A stretch of DNA of 64,000 bases from Octopus vulgaris (GCA_951406725.2 OX597831.1:35898001-35962000); one strand, 5' to 3'; positions 25,450 to 37,559 are shown, counted from the stretch's first letter. The notes: generated by a model from the sequence alone, not told the origin. Translations and numbers: made by a program.

Positions 25450-25925
25450 GTTGTGGCTCATAGCTTCTGGTTTTAACTGATTGGAGGTGTTATCATGTAC
25501 ATGTCTTGGTATAAAAGATGGGCTACAACATATATTCTGCTCAATACCATAGATATGCTTGTCAGTTGCTTGATCTTAAACCAGTTGAACATGTCCCTTG
25601 ATGGCTGATGATATGTGCATCTCTGATCATGAGTAGAAGTAGTGGAGGAGTATCATAATCATTTGTGGAGAGGAATTTTTAGGGTTTGAGTAATTCACCC
25701 CTCAAAACAATTGTGTTTTGTTCAACATGCTTAAACAACCCTTAATAAGTGACCTTTTGAGCAGGATAGGCTGAAGAAAATTCTAACTGGACCCCACCTG
25801 CAAGGTCATGTGCACATACGGCTGTGATGCATGTGCCTAGTGTACCCTTATCAGATGGGTAGTCATGATGGGTGTATTGGTCTTTGTATATTTGCACCCC
25901 AGTGTCACTTCTCTCTCACTACTAC
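25450..25925 (+). mobile_element. Dong-associated 3'UTR repeat, copy 1
   Basis: Collinear with copy 2; 3' end identical in type to 55553-55650. Confidence 0.8.
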
Positions 25926-25939
25926 TACTACTACTACTT

Positions 25940-26460
25940 GTTTTGTCTTGGTATAAAAGATGGGCTACAGCTAATATCCTGCTCAATACCACAGATTTGC
26001 TGGTCAGTTGTTTGATCTTAACCAGTTGAGCATACCCCTTAGTGACTGATAATATGTGCATCTCTGACCATGAGCAGAAGTAGTGGGGGAGCATCATAGC
26101 CATGTGTTGAGAGGAATTCTTTGGGGTTTGAATAATTCACCTTTGGAAACATGGGTGTTTCGTTCAACATCCTTAAACAACCCTTATTCAGGGACCTTTT
26201 GAGTGGGATGGGCTACTCAACCTGAAAATAATTTTAATTGGGCCCCACCTACAAGGTTGTGCACAGTTTATCTTGATATGAAATTTGCATGTCCCGCACA
26301 TATGGTTGTGATTCATGTGGCTGGTGTACCCTCATCAGATGGGTATACTGGGTTTCATATATTTTACCCCAGTGTCACTTTGATGCCATGCACTACTCAC
26401 TCACTCAAAAAAAATAAATAGATAAAGTAATAATAATAATAATAATAATGATAATAATAA
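25940..26460 (+). mobile_element. Dong-associated 3'UTR repeat, copy 2, ending in (TAA)n
   Basis: gtcttggtataaaagatgggctac...ccccagtgtcactttgatg..ctcactc. Confidence 0.8.
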
Positions 26461-26461
26461 A

Positions 26462-26831
26462 GACCTACTCATTGAAATTGAGAAAATGTGGCATCTCAAG
26501 GCGGTTACAATACCAGTGATCGTAGGAGCACTAGGAATGATCAAGAAGGGAACCGAAAATTATATGAGAATGATCCCTGGCTTACCATCCCTGCAAGAAG
26601 TGCAAAAGATTGTCTTAACTGGTACATCACACGTATTGAGAAGAGCATTGTCGATGTGAGAACTGTTGCTGCTCACGTATTTTAATTTAACTTAAAAAAA
26701 AAAAAAAAAATGAACGAACTATTGAGTTTGGTTTAATGGCCTACCAATGTATACTATGAGTTTCTTTGCCCTAGGAGTCGGGAAGACACTCGGCAAGAAA
26801 TGGAAGCAAATTTGAAAGAAGAAAAAAAAAA
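26462..26831 (+). mobile_element. 5'-truncated Dong/R4 LINE (intact 65-aa C-terminus 26462-26659 plus 3'UTR) in (TAA)n
   Basis: DLLIEIEKMWHLKAVTIPVIVGALGMIKKGTENYMRMIPGLPSLQEVQKIVLTGTSHVLRRALSM*; (TAA)n on both flanks. Confidence 0.9.
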
Positions 26832-28124
26832 GTAATAATAATAATAATAATAATAATAAATAGTAATGATGATAATAACAATGAAAACTTGAAGAGGAAA
26901 AGAACAAAAGAAAAGAAACTGACTCGTATTTTCTTTTACCCAAAGCTAGGAATTTTTTAGAACCCTCTTGTACATAAGTCAGATGACAGAATATTTAACC
27001 AAGGAAGAAATATATGTGAAGAACATAAGAACAGGAATGATCCTTCTGTAGGGCTTCCAAAACAGTTTCTGCCTACCAAATATTATTCTTAAGGCTTTGG
27101 TTGACTTGCAGCCATTAGTAAAAGACATTGGTCAAATGTGCTGTGCATTGATCAGAGTCAAAACCTCATTGGCCAACATTTGATGATGGAGGCAGTAGCA
27201 GCAGTAGCTGAAATAGTAGAAGAAATAGTAGTAGCAGCAGCAGCAGCGACAGTTATTGTTGTTGTGTAGGTCCAGAGACTCTGATTGAGCAGACTTGGGA
27301 TGAAAGTTGTTCAAACCATGATCAGAATGATAATGTTTTCCAGTCATATTAAATGTGAATTTCACCATACAACATGTTTTTTTGCCCTTGAATGTAATTT
27401 CATGGAGATTTGGCTGCTAATTCTAGAATACTGAGTAGGTACATAAAGGTTCCCTCACAGACTCAGTGTTTACTGCAATGTGTCAAGATGTTGTTCAGAT
27501 TATTTAACCCCAAGTCAGCTCTAACTGGATAACAGTGTATACCTACAACCAAAGACACTTCAGTTACAATCATCATGTTTTTATTTTTTAGTGGATAAAT
27601 CTATGATTAATTTGCCCTCCTGGGACAGCAATTCCTAACCTTTGAATGAAATTCACCAAACAGATATAAAACAGCTGTATATCCTGTACATGATTATCTG
27701 AAGCTGTTTATTATATTCAAAGATATTTGTTGTTCTGGTTTGGTTTCCAGTGTTCCCCAAGAGCAATTCATGTCAAAATATCAACAGAAATTTAGCCCTA
27801 GGTCAGTCCTTACTTAGAAACCATATGATTAAAAGGAGTTCAGATCTTAAGTGTGTATCTTCCAACTCTTACTTGTTTCAGTCGTTGAACTGTGGCCATG
27901 CTGGAGCACTACCTGGAAAGTTATAGTAGAACAACTCAACCCTACTACTTATTTGTTTCAAAGTTTGCTGCTTGTTGTACACACACACACACACACACAC
28001 ACACGTATGTGAGTATGTAATTCCTTAACTAATTTCAGCTCAAGAGCTGCATACATACATACATACATACATGCATGCATACACACACACACACACATAC
28101 TCACACACACACACACACACACAC

Positions 28125-28290
28125 ATTGTGCTGGTGCCATGTTAAAAACACCCAGTAGACTCTGTAAAGAGGTTGGCAAATCTGACTAGAACTTGGTGCA
28201 GCTGCCCAGCTTGCTAGCTCTGGTCAAACCATCCAATTCATGCCAACATGGAAAACGACGTTAAAGGATGACAATAATGATGATGATGAG
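28125..28290 (+). mobile_element. SINE family C 3' part
   Basis: aaccatccaattcatgccaacatggaaaacgacgttaaaggatga tail. Confidence 0.7.
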
Positions 28291-28367
28291 GATGATGAAG
28301 TATGTGTGTGTGTGTGAGTATATATATCTTAAGCAGCAAACTCTAAAAAAAATAAGTGTGTGTATGT

Positions 28368-28570
28368 ATCATCATCATCATCGTTTAACGTCCGTTTTCC
28401 GCGCTGGCACTGGTTGGACGGTTCGACCGTGGATCTGGGAAGCCAGAAGGCTGCACCAGGCTCCAGTCTGATCTGGCAGTGTTTCTACAGCTGGATGCCC
28501 TTCCTAACGCCAACCACTCCGTGAGTGTAGTGGGTGCCTTTTACGTGCCACCTGCAGAGGTGCCAGGCGA
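28368..28570 (-). mobile_element. SINE family C 3' part
   Basis: catcatcgtttaacgtccgttttcc...gctggatgcccttcctaacgcc. Confidence 0.85.
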
Positions 28571-28601
28571 GGCTGTATATATATATATATAAATATAATT
28601 A

Positions 28602-28633
<32 letters not shown>

Positions 28634-28734
28634 AATATATATGTATGCATGTATGCATGTATGCATGTATGTATGTATGTATGTATGTATGTATGTATGT
28701 ATGTATGTATGTATGTATGTATGTATGTATGTAT

Positions 28735-28900
28735 CTGACAGGGTTTCCTTCAGTTTCCATCTACCAGACCTAGCTATACACTTATGAAGCTGGGACTATC
28801 ATAGAAGACATTTGCCCAAGGTGTCCATGCAGTGGGACTGAACCAATGAACACATGGTTGAGAAGCAAGCTTTTTTAACCACACAGCCATGCCTACACCT
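28735..28900 (-). mobile_element. SINE family B 5' half
   Basis: cagtttccatctacc...ttgcccaaggtg...accacacagcc. Confidence 0.75.
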
Positions 28901-30380
28901 GTGTGTCAGTATTTCTTATGGCAGGCATATGTCCAGTCCTATTGTTTTATGCATCCCAGCCCTAAGGCAGTGGCCATGCTGGGGCAGTGCCGTTTATGTT
29001 ATATTATTCAATACCTTTCCTCATGAAAGAATGTTTAGGTATTACAATCAATATTTCTGTTACCGTACCGAAGAATGCAAAGATTATTTGTAAATGTTAA
29101 TTTTCTACTTCTAATTCCACTTTCTGCGATACTAATCAAAATTAATACAATTTATGGAAATAATGTAATTTACGATAATTAAGAAACATAGCGAAAGTTT
29201 GTCAGACGTCACCATGCTTAAAAACACTGGAAAACATTTGTACATTTTTTCTTTTACCACATTCATTGTCTCTTTACATTAATATATAAATTTTAATCAT
29301 TTAGTCTACTGGTAAAACCGAGCCTAAAAAATCTTTCCCAGGACCTCCAAGACTGGTGGGTAAGAAGGAAGGTAAGAAAGAAGATGTCATCTAACAGGAG
29401 ATCTGGGGCTTGAACTCTCTCAACAACAGTGTGATCTCTGTTAAAAGCATTAAAAGACAGTGGCAGCTTGTAGATAAAATTAGTAGGGGTGCTGCTTCAG
29501 AAACTTTTTAGCCCTTGTTTTAGTATTGTGTAAAAGGAAACAAACATATAAAATGAAAATTTATACATAAATTTGATCGGTTTACATTTTAGCTGAGTAA
29601 GTGTGCTTAATTTGTTCACTGAACACCACTGCAAAATCCCCCCTCATTTTTCAAAAATCCCCCCTAAATCACAAAATAAGGGGGGAAAAATTTGCTCTAT
29701 TTTTCAAATCCTGGCAGCAACATTGTAACTGGAAGCAGGATAATAACCTAATTCTACACTTTATTACATTAAAGAATATAAACACGTTTTTTAGCACAAC
29801 ACATGCGGAGTTAAAAAGAAACATTGTCTTTCACCAGAACACCAGGGTTGGCACTGCATGAACCACAGTGCTTTCTCTCCCTAGCGTGAGGCTTCCTATC
29901 TTGGACATATGATCATGCACACAACAGCCAAACACTGCATCACTGGGACTGTGAAGCACACAGTTTTATATAAGGATTTTCGAATTTTTTTCATAAACTA
30001 GGGGATGGCTAGTGACATTAAGCTTAAGGATTATATAATGTACATGTATAAAGAAAGAATTAAAGAAAAAGGGACTCATTATATTAAATGTTATCGATAA
30101 TAGGGGATGCTGCCGTTCTGCAGTGCCTATACAAGAGCTGCCACTGCCCAAAGAGCTAGGTGGTGGTGGTGGTGCTGAACTGGGAAACAAATTATGTCAG
30201 CCTTCCAAAACTTCTTTTACACATGATTGAAAAAGCAATTGGTTTGTTTCACTTTGATTCCTCAAATTTAAAACAAGCAACAGACAAGGTAGAAACAGTT
30301 TTAGATCTTAGAGCTGACCAATCAACTCTAATCGAGGGTAAATCAATCAGAGGAACAACAATCATGGCAGCAACAACAAA

Positions 30381-30739
30381 GTGGAGGCACAATGGCCCAG
30401 TGGTTAGGGCAGCAGACTCGCGGTGGGAGGATCGCGGTTTCGATTCCCAGACCAGGCGTTGAGCGAAAACACCTAAAACTCCACGAGGCTCCAGCAGGGG
30501 GGGGGGGGGGCGACCCCTGTTGTACTCTTTCACTTCAAATTTCTCTCACTCTTTCTTCCTGTTTCTTGTCCCCGATTTCCTACGCAACTGCTGAGCCTGG
30601 ATGCACATTCATCCATCCGCCGAGGCTCTCGGTGTCAGGGGTTGACCTGCTCTCTCTTCTGTGGGTCTTACGAAAAGCAAAGGACCACATTTCGGACTTC
30701 TCTCACTACGGAAGACCGCTTCGCTCAACAACAACAACA
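30381..30739 (+). mobile_element. SINE family A head with an alternative 3' tail ending in (CAA)n
   Basis: Same tRNA head as 375-762; 13-bp TSD gcagcaacaacaa (30367-30379/30740-30752). Confidence 0.85.
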
Positions 30740-30799
30740 GCAGCAACAACAATATCAGTAACTAAAATAGAATGAAATATGATTTGAGAAAAAAGAATA

Positions 30800-30990
30800 A
30801 CATGCAGGAAGAAAGAGTGAGAAAAAGTTACGGCGAAAGAGTCAGTAGAAGTTCACCATTACCTTCTGCTGGAGCTATATAGAGCTTAGGTGTTTCGCTC
30901 ATAAACACACACATCGCCTGGTTTGAGATTTGAACCTGCAATCCTTCGACTGCGGGTCCACTGCTTTAACTACTTGGACCCGTGCCTCCC
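30800..30990 (-). mobile_element. SINE family A 5' half, degenerate
   Basis: aagagtgagaaaaagtt...ggtgtttcgctc.taaacac...gtgcctcc. Confidence 0.75.
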
Positions 30991-32469
30991 CATCAGAAAT
31001 ATACACACACCAAAATAATTTATTTCAGTCATAGATACCCAACTACTTTTCAAAGTGTATAGAAATATATATTTGTTGGGGAAAAAAAAAATTGTTTACA
31101 AGATATGAAATAACTCTGTCTCCTGTTTTTGCTAGAAATGAAAAAAAAAAAAAAAAAATGAAAACAAAACCAGAAAAAAAAATGGAAAAAACACATGAGA
31201 AAATGATATTAGTCATTGATTAATATTGTTTCTTTGTTTTTTTTTTATTCCTCTCATCACACATTTCATTCTGCTTTCACTTTTTAATGCTCCGTGCTGC
31301 GTTAAATATGCTGACGCCAACTTAAATATTGTTTATCATGTGGACGGTGTCTTAGAATTAATTAATTATTTAAATTCTCAGCTAGAAAGCTTATGTTTAA
31401 AGTTAAGACTCTATTTTGGTATGTTACATATTTAGAAAATTGCCAAACAGAGGAAGCTATGTCAGTCTGGCAATTCTAAGTTGTTGCTGTTATGGCAGAT
31501 GTTGCTTAGCCATAGGACAATTTTGAACGAATTGACCTGTCTTTGACAGCTGAAGACCATTTCTTCTTTTTAGTAATACATTATCTAACGTGACTTTTCT
31601 TTAAATAAGGCAGCAGGGCAGAGGTTGGTGAACTGGAGAAAAATTGCAATTCTTGTGGGTAATGAGGATACATTAAACATAAATAAAATTATATAAAAAT
31701 CGTGTTCCTTGTTAAGACAAATTTTTCTTCTGGCAACACTGCATCTGTCCAATGTAATGAATATGTTTAGGAGACATCACATCATTCTGAACTACAAACA
31801 ACCTGGTTGCTAATACCTTGTCAACATCATTTCTCCAAAACCTGAAGTGCAAACATTTCTAGAAAAATCCTTTTTTTTCATAATGGGGATATTAATTTAT
31901 TTTAGTGCATTTTGGGATTTGCTTTTGTCTTTTGATTTGGTTTGCAAGATTCTTTATGTGAGTTCGTGTGTTGAAGCATATTCTGTTGTGTCTGGGGAGA
32001 GTCATTTTCTTTTTGTGCCTTATAATTTAACACACTCACTGGTAAAATTTCCACTCATTTACTTATTTATTTTCCTAAAATTTTCATTGTGTCTTGCAAC
32101 CTTTTCAATAGTTGTTGACTCTGTTCATTATTCAAGCTGTGTTCTTCTTTTTCTTTGTTTTATACTTTTTATATTTATATTTATAATTATATTCTCCACA
32201 TATATAGATTCAGTAAACCTTTTGAATTTAAAGAATCAATGATTTTCTTCCTTTCAAATCAAGGGGGTAACGTCGGCATAAATAATATATTTTGGGATAA
32301 CTGATTAAAAAGTTCCCCAACCCCTGCAGTAGGGTGTGATCTGATGGAGATTTCTCTAGTATTTCTGATAAATCAAGAACGTTTTTTTTTTGTATGCTGC
32401 AGTTATTATTGTTTGACAGTTAGTCCCATGTTGTCTCAGACTGAGCTGACTTATGATTAAAGATATTCA

Positions 32470-33160
32470 ATCCATGACCACCTTACTCATATCTAGGACT
32501 ACAATATCGAATGTGTTTAAGACATTGATGTGATTTGAGGGAAATTTTGTTGCTATTTCTAGCAGGTTGAAAATTTTATAGTGGATGCTCTTATTGTTTA
32601 GCAGACCCCAATGTCCATCCTGATTGAGCAGACCTATAACCAAAGTTCTAGCCATGACCATCATGTCTGTTTTGGCACACTCAGGATTAAAATATCCCAT
32701 GTATCCTTTGTTTAAGATGCTGGGGTGTTATTTGAGGGAGATTTTGCTGCTATATCTAGCAGGTTAAGAATAGTATAGTGGTTGCTCTAGTTGTTTAACA
32801 GACCCCATGTCCTTCCTAATGGAGCAGACCCAGTAGCATAACTAAAGGGCAACAGAGGGAGTGGTCTGCCCCAGGCAACACTTTTATGGGAGGGTCTGCT
32901 GTAGGCAATATGTACTTTTTGTGGGATCATGGGGGCAGCAAACTAAAGGTCCACCCCAGGTGGCACATACTCTAGCTATGGTAATGTGCAGACCTATAAC
33001 TAAAGTCCTTCTAGCCATGACCATCCTGTCTGCTTTAGCATACCAAGGATTAAAATATCTTGTGTCCTGTGTTTAAGATGCTGGGATGTGATTTGAGGGA
33101 GATTTTGCTACTAGACCTTGCAGGTTAAGAATATCATAGTAGCTGCTTTTGTTGCTTCAT
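32470..33160 (+). repeat. Three diverged ~180-bp tandem units of a dispersed repeat
   Basis: ccatgacca...gatttgagggagattttgctgctatttctagcaggtt...gcagacctataac recurs. Confidence 0.75.
32831..32986. mobile_element. hAT-like MITE (156 bp)
   Basis: Imperfect TIRs cagtagcataacta / tagctatggtaatg; 8-bp TSD agcagacc/tgcagacc. Confidence 0.65.
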
Positions 33161-33433
33161 TCTTCCTTCATGAGAAATAGCATGTTTGAAGGAGATTTTG
33201 CTGCTATTTCTAGTAAGATAGACGACTACATAGAGGCTTCGTTCTTCATTCGTGAGAAATGGCATGTTTGAAGGAGATTTTGCTGCTATTTCTAGTAAGA
33301 TACACAACTATGTAGAGGCTTCATTCATCATTCATGGGAAATAGCATGTTTGAAGGAGATTTTGCTGCTATTTCTAGTAAGATAGACGATCACATAGAGG
33401 CACCGTTCTTCATTCGTGAGAAATAGCATGTTT
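33161..33433. repeat. 82-bp minisatellite, ~3.3 copies
   Basis: gagaaatagcatgttt-like unit at 33172, 33254, 33336, 33418. Confidence 0.92.
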
Positions 33434-34304
33434 TTATTGATGGTGTGCTGTGAGATGAGGTAAAAATCTAATGATGTGAACAGAGAATTCTTAACAGAGG
33501 AGAAGAAATGAAAGAATGCATCTGTGTAATCCAATCTAGCATAAATCTTTAACTGATTCCATCATTCAATTTTACACCTTATTCCATTAACCTTTTCATA
33601 CCAATGCAATGTTGACTCTGTTCTTTCTGCAGAACTTCAATCCACCCATCCAGAACTATATGGAATCGAGAAATTCACCAAACTTCCACTGTCGAGCAAT
33701 CAAAACCTTTATGCTTGATTTAAAACAATCTACCCTTGTTGAGAATCATCCGTGCTACCAAGGGATAAATTTGCAGAATCTCAGACTTCCTGTGACATTT
33801 TAATAGTGATTTGGTTTTTCTGTTGGTTGACTGACCAATTCTTGCAATTTTAAAATAAATATGATATTGAATTCTAATATGAAATAAAAGGGTTACACAG
33901 TCTGTCCTTTTAGCATTAATATTTTATTTTATTTTATTTTACTTTATTTTATTTTTTTTATTTTCTATTTTTGTTACTTTTTTAAAAATTTTGTCTTCGT
34001 CTTTTGTTTTTCACAATTGTCTTTGTGCTACAGGTGGCCATTCTTGAAGGAATGAGTAATTTCTTCACCTTCCCATTTCTGCTTTGTTGAGACAGAAGAG
34101 AAAAAGATGGAGAAATATATAGAAGCAGTGTGAGAGAGAGAGAGAGGGGGGGTGAGAGGAGGGGGAGGTGATGGGAGAGGGAGATGGAGTGAGAGAAAAT
34201 AGTGGAGAGACAGAGAGAGAGAGATAGACAGATAGACAGATAAGGCGGTAGGTAAGTTAGAGAAACAAAAAGAAAGGGTGAATAGAGAGAGGGGGAGAAA
34301 GGAG

Positions 34305-34349
<45 letters not shown>

Positions 34350-34351
34350 GT

Positions 34352-34646
34352 AGTGTAGGCATAGCTGCGTGGTTAAGAAGCTCACTTTGCGACCATGTCA
34401 TTATGGGTTCAGTCCTACTGTCAGACACCTTAGGCAAGTGTCTTCTACTATATCTCTCGATCAACCAATAGCTTGTGAAACTGAGTGATGGAAGCCTGCC
34501 TAATATATATATGGCAAATTATTTTAAATGTTGAAGTAAATCTAATGGTTTTTGCGTGTTTTTAAATGTCTTATAAACACCTTCCACGCTGCAGTTGTTT
34601 TCGTTCCAGCACACGATCTTAGATCAGGTCACTTGCTATGCAAGTA

Positions 34647-34716
<70 letters not shown>

Positions 34717-35380
34717 TTTATACTAATTGGTAAAACTGATGAAAAGCATGCAGTAAACTTGCAAAAGGGAAGAGAAAAATCCAATGTCTCAAAATCAAAA
34801 ACTGAAAGGAGAAAAGCTAATGAAAGACAGCAGAGTTTTACAGACAGATATGTGGTTGAAAAGTGGACAGAAAGATCTTCATTAACATCAAATGTTGTGA
34901 TAATGTGATATGAGAGGAAGCTATTAGTCAAAGAGGCGGGAAATGGCTAGATCCAAAAGAAGATACTTTTGATAGGAAATTTATTTGCCAGACATGTATA
35001 AAGGTTTTATTAATACCTAGAAATTCAAAATTGGATGTTATCTGCCAGAGGGCTTTGGTTTAGAGAAGTGTGATTTAAACACTGTTCTTACTCTAGATGT
35101 CAGCAAAACTTTTAACCATGAGTGGCATGAAAGTCTCCTATTAGCTATCCCCTATTGGCCCTAGCTATTTCCACCACCACCACTCTTGACAATCAATGTT
35201 GGTTTGTTTATGTCTGTGTAACTTAACAGTCTGGCAAAAAGAGACTGATTGAATAAGTACCAGGCTTAATTTAAAAAATAAGTACTGGGTTTTATTCAAT
35301 TCCCTAAAAGTTCTTCAAGGTGAAGCATCAGCATGGCTGTAGTCTACATGCTGAAACATATAAAAGAAAAAGGAGAAAAG
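34352..35380 (+). mobile_element. SINE family B halves (34352-34505, 35170-35380) separated by inserted sequence
   Basis: Head gctgcgtggttaagaagc..ggttcagtcc; tail ttgacaatcaatgttgg..gcatggctgtagtc. Confidence 0.6.
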
Positions 35381-35381
35381 A

Positions 35382-35440
<59 letters not shown>

Positions 35441-35630
35441 ATATATATATAATAATAAATATTAGGGAATAAATCCAAATTTACAGGGAAAAAATCAGAT
35501 TTAGGATTAAATCCAATTTAATAGTAAAATATTATATAATATTAATTCGAGACAAAACCACTATTTTGCAAAACAAACAAGGAAAGACTTAATCAATACA
35601 TAAAAATTTTAATATAAAATAAATAAACCG

Positions 35631-35674
35631 CCACTACAATTGTTTCATGTCTGCAAATGACATTCGTCAGGTGG
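35631..35674 (-). ncRNA. Type-I hammerhead ribozyme motif (left arm)
   Basis: Exact reverse complement of 35753-35796. Confidence 0.8.
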
Positions 35675-35752
35675 ATTTCCGATCTTCTAATCAGTTTTAA
35701 TTTATGATTAATTTATGGAATTTATTTTAAAACTGATTAGAAGATCGGAAAT

Positions 35753-35796
35753 CCACCTGACGAATGTCATTTGCAGACATGAAACAATTGTAGTGG
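35753..35796 (+). ncRNA. Type-I hammerhead ribozyme motif (right arm)
   Basis: ccac-CTGACGA-atgtc(atttgca)gacat-GAAA-caatt-GTA-gtgg; all core nucleotides and three stems present. Confidence 0.82.
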
Positions 35797-35881
35797 CGGT
35801 TTATTTATTTTATATTAAAATTTTTATGTATTGATTAAGTCTTTCCTTGTTTGTATTGCAAAATAGTGGTTTTGTCTCGAA

Positions 35882-35923
<42 letters not shown>

Positions 35924-36054
35924 CATATATGTAAAAAGGTTGAATTAGATTCTTTCTTTAACTTGGAGGTTTCCAAAAAAGATTTCTATTACCGATTCTT
36001 CATATTTTGCTGGTAGTTTACAGGCGTATATTTGCGAATATGAAAATAATAATT

Positions 36055-36978
36055 GTATATGATGTGTTGTGAATTTATGGAAATAAATTCCATAAAACTC
36101 AACAATTTTGTTAAAAATGGATAAGAGAAGACGTTAAAATATATAAGAGAATTTTAATTCATGCAGACAATCGTTTTGTTCAGAGATATAAAAATCAGGC
36201 AAATTCATGGTTGAATTAAATTAAATTAATTATATATCACTGCACTCTTCAGTGAAAGAAGCATAAACAAAATGTTTACAAAGAACTTGAGAAAGGAAAT
36301 AACGGAAGAGAATCTAGTAGATTCATATTTTTCCTTATGAGAAAAAGAGATGTGAATCCAGTTAGGTATTAACTATAGTTATTCCTAACTGGACTCACAT
36401 CATATTTCCTTTCTCAAGTTCTTTGTAAAAATTTTGTTTATACTTCTTGCGCTGAAGAGTACATCATCATAATCGTCATCGTTTAAAGACCATTTTCCGT
36501 GCTGGCATGGGTTGGATAGTTCGACTGGAGTCTGGGAAGTCACGAGGCTGCACCAGGCCCAGGTCCCAATCTGATCTGACAGTGTTTCTACAGCTGGATG
36601 CCCTTGCTAACGCCAACCACTCTGAAAGTGTAGTGGGTGCTTTTTAGGTGCCACTGGTACAGGCACCAGAGGAGCTGGCATCAACCACAATCAGATGGTG
36701 CTTTTTATGTACCACCGGTGCAGAAGTCAGTCAAAGTAGCACTGGCATTGGCCACATTCGGATGGTGCTTTGTATGTGCTACCAACACTGGAAAAAGCAC
36801 CATCATAATTAATTTAATTAATTTAATTCAAACATGAATTTGCATGATGTTTATATCTATATGAAACGATCGTCTGCATAAATTAAAATTCTCTTATATA
36901 TTTTAACATCTTCTCTCCTCCATTTTTAACAAAATTGTTGAGTTTTATGGAATTTCTTTCCATAAATTCACAACACAT

Positions 36979-36980
<2 letters not shown>
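36055..36980. mobile_element. Older foldback element with long-stem-II hammerhead motif, interrupted by SINE C
   Basis: 36055-36301 is the inverted match of 36403-36462 plus 36803-36980; central palindrome 36349-36401. Confidence 0.8.
36463..36800 (-). mobile_element. SINE family C
   Basis: Family C sequence; catcataat duplicated at the ends. Confidence 0.85.
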
Positions 36981-37033
<53 letters not shown>

Positions 37034-37223
37034 GTGACCACGTGTGTACCGTTGGCGATTTTTTTTCCTCCATCTTCCCTTCTTTGGATATTTCCTTTTC
37101 CTATGTTTCTGACGAAGAGCTCTGCTTGAAACGTTAAACTCTCCTTCTTTCCTTCTTTCTTGAGCGTCCAATAATACTGTACTTGTTCCACGTCCTTGCG
37201 TTGTTGTGTTTTCATGTTTGGAT

Positions 37224-37227
<4 letters not shown>
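37034..37227 (+). mobile_element. 194-bp hammerhead-bearing non-autonomous element in (TA)n
   Basis: Second copy with the same ends at 58136-58329 (minus). Confidence 0.85.
37105..37139 (+). ncRNA. 35-nt minimal hammerhead ribozyme motif
   Basis: gttt-CTGACGA-a-gagc(tct)gctt-GAAA-C-GTT-aaac. Confidence 0.7.
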
Positions 37228-37264
<37 letters not shown>

Positions 37265-37309
37265 GCATAATGTATGTGTGTGTGCATGTGTGTATGTATC
37301 TTTGTATAA

Positions 37310-37545
37310 GTACAGCCCTATCTGACCTCCTCATCATACAAGTAGTGACCTTTATTTCCAATCTTCCATGAAAACATGTCTGGTCGTGGGAAACATTACT
37401 TGGAAAGAGGTGAAGGTTAATGACAGGAACAACATCCAGCTGTAAAAAGAAAGAAAAAGAATCTGCCTCAACAAATTGCATTCAATCCATGCAAACATGG
37501 AAAAGTGGATGTTGCTAAAACGATGAGAATGATGGCGATGATGTT
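37310..37545 (+). mobile_element. SINE with family-C-type tail
   Basis: gacaggaac..catccagctgtaaa...catggaaaagtggatgtt...gatg. Confidence 0.55.
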
Positions 37546-37559
37546 AGTGCACCTATTGT

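Larger units (their letters stand above)
35451..35894. mobile_element. Foldback element with 168-bp inverted arms (Penelope pLTR-like)
   Basis: 35533-35700 vs 35727-35894, one mismatch, 26-nt spacer; flanked by (TA)n. Confidence 0.9.

Noticed and set aside
33161-33433. CRISPR-like array
   Set aside because: Whole 82-bp unit repeats without unique spacers; eukaryotic context, no cas genes
34720-35150. Possible host exon or RTE LINE fragment
   Set aside because: Multiple stops and only faint Cys motifs; cannot be assigned
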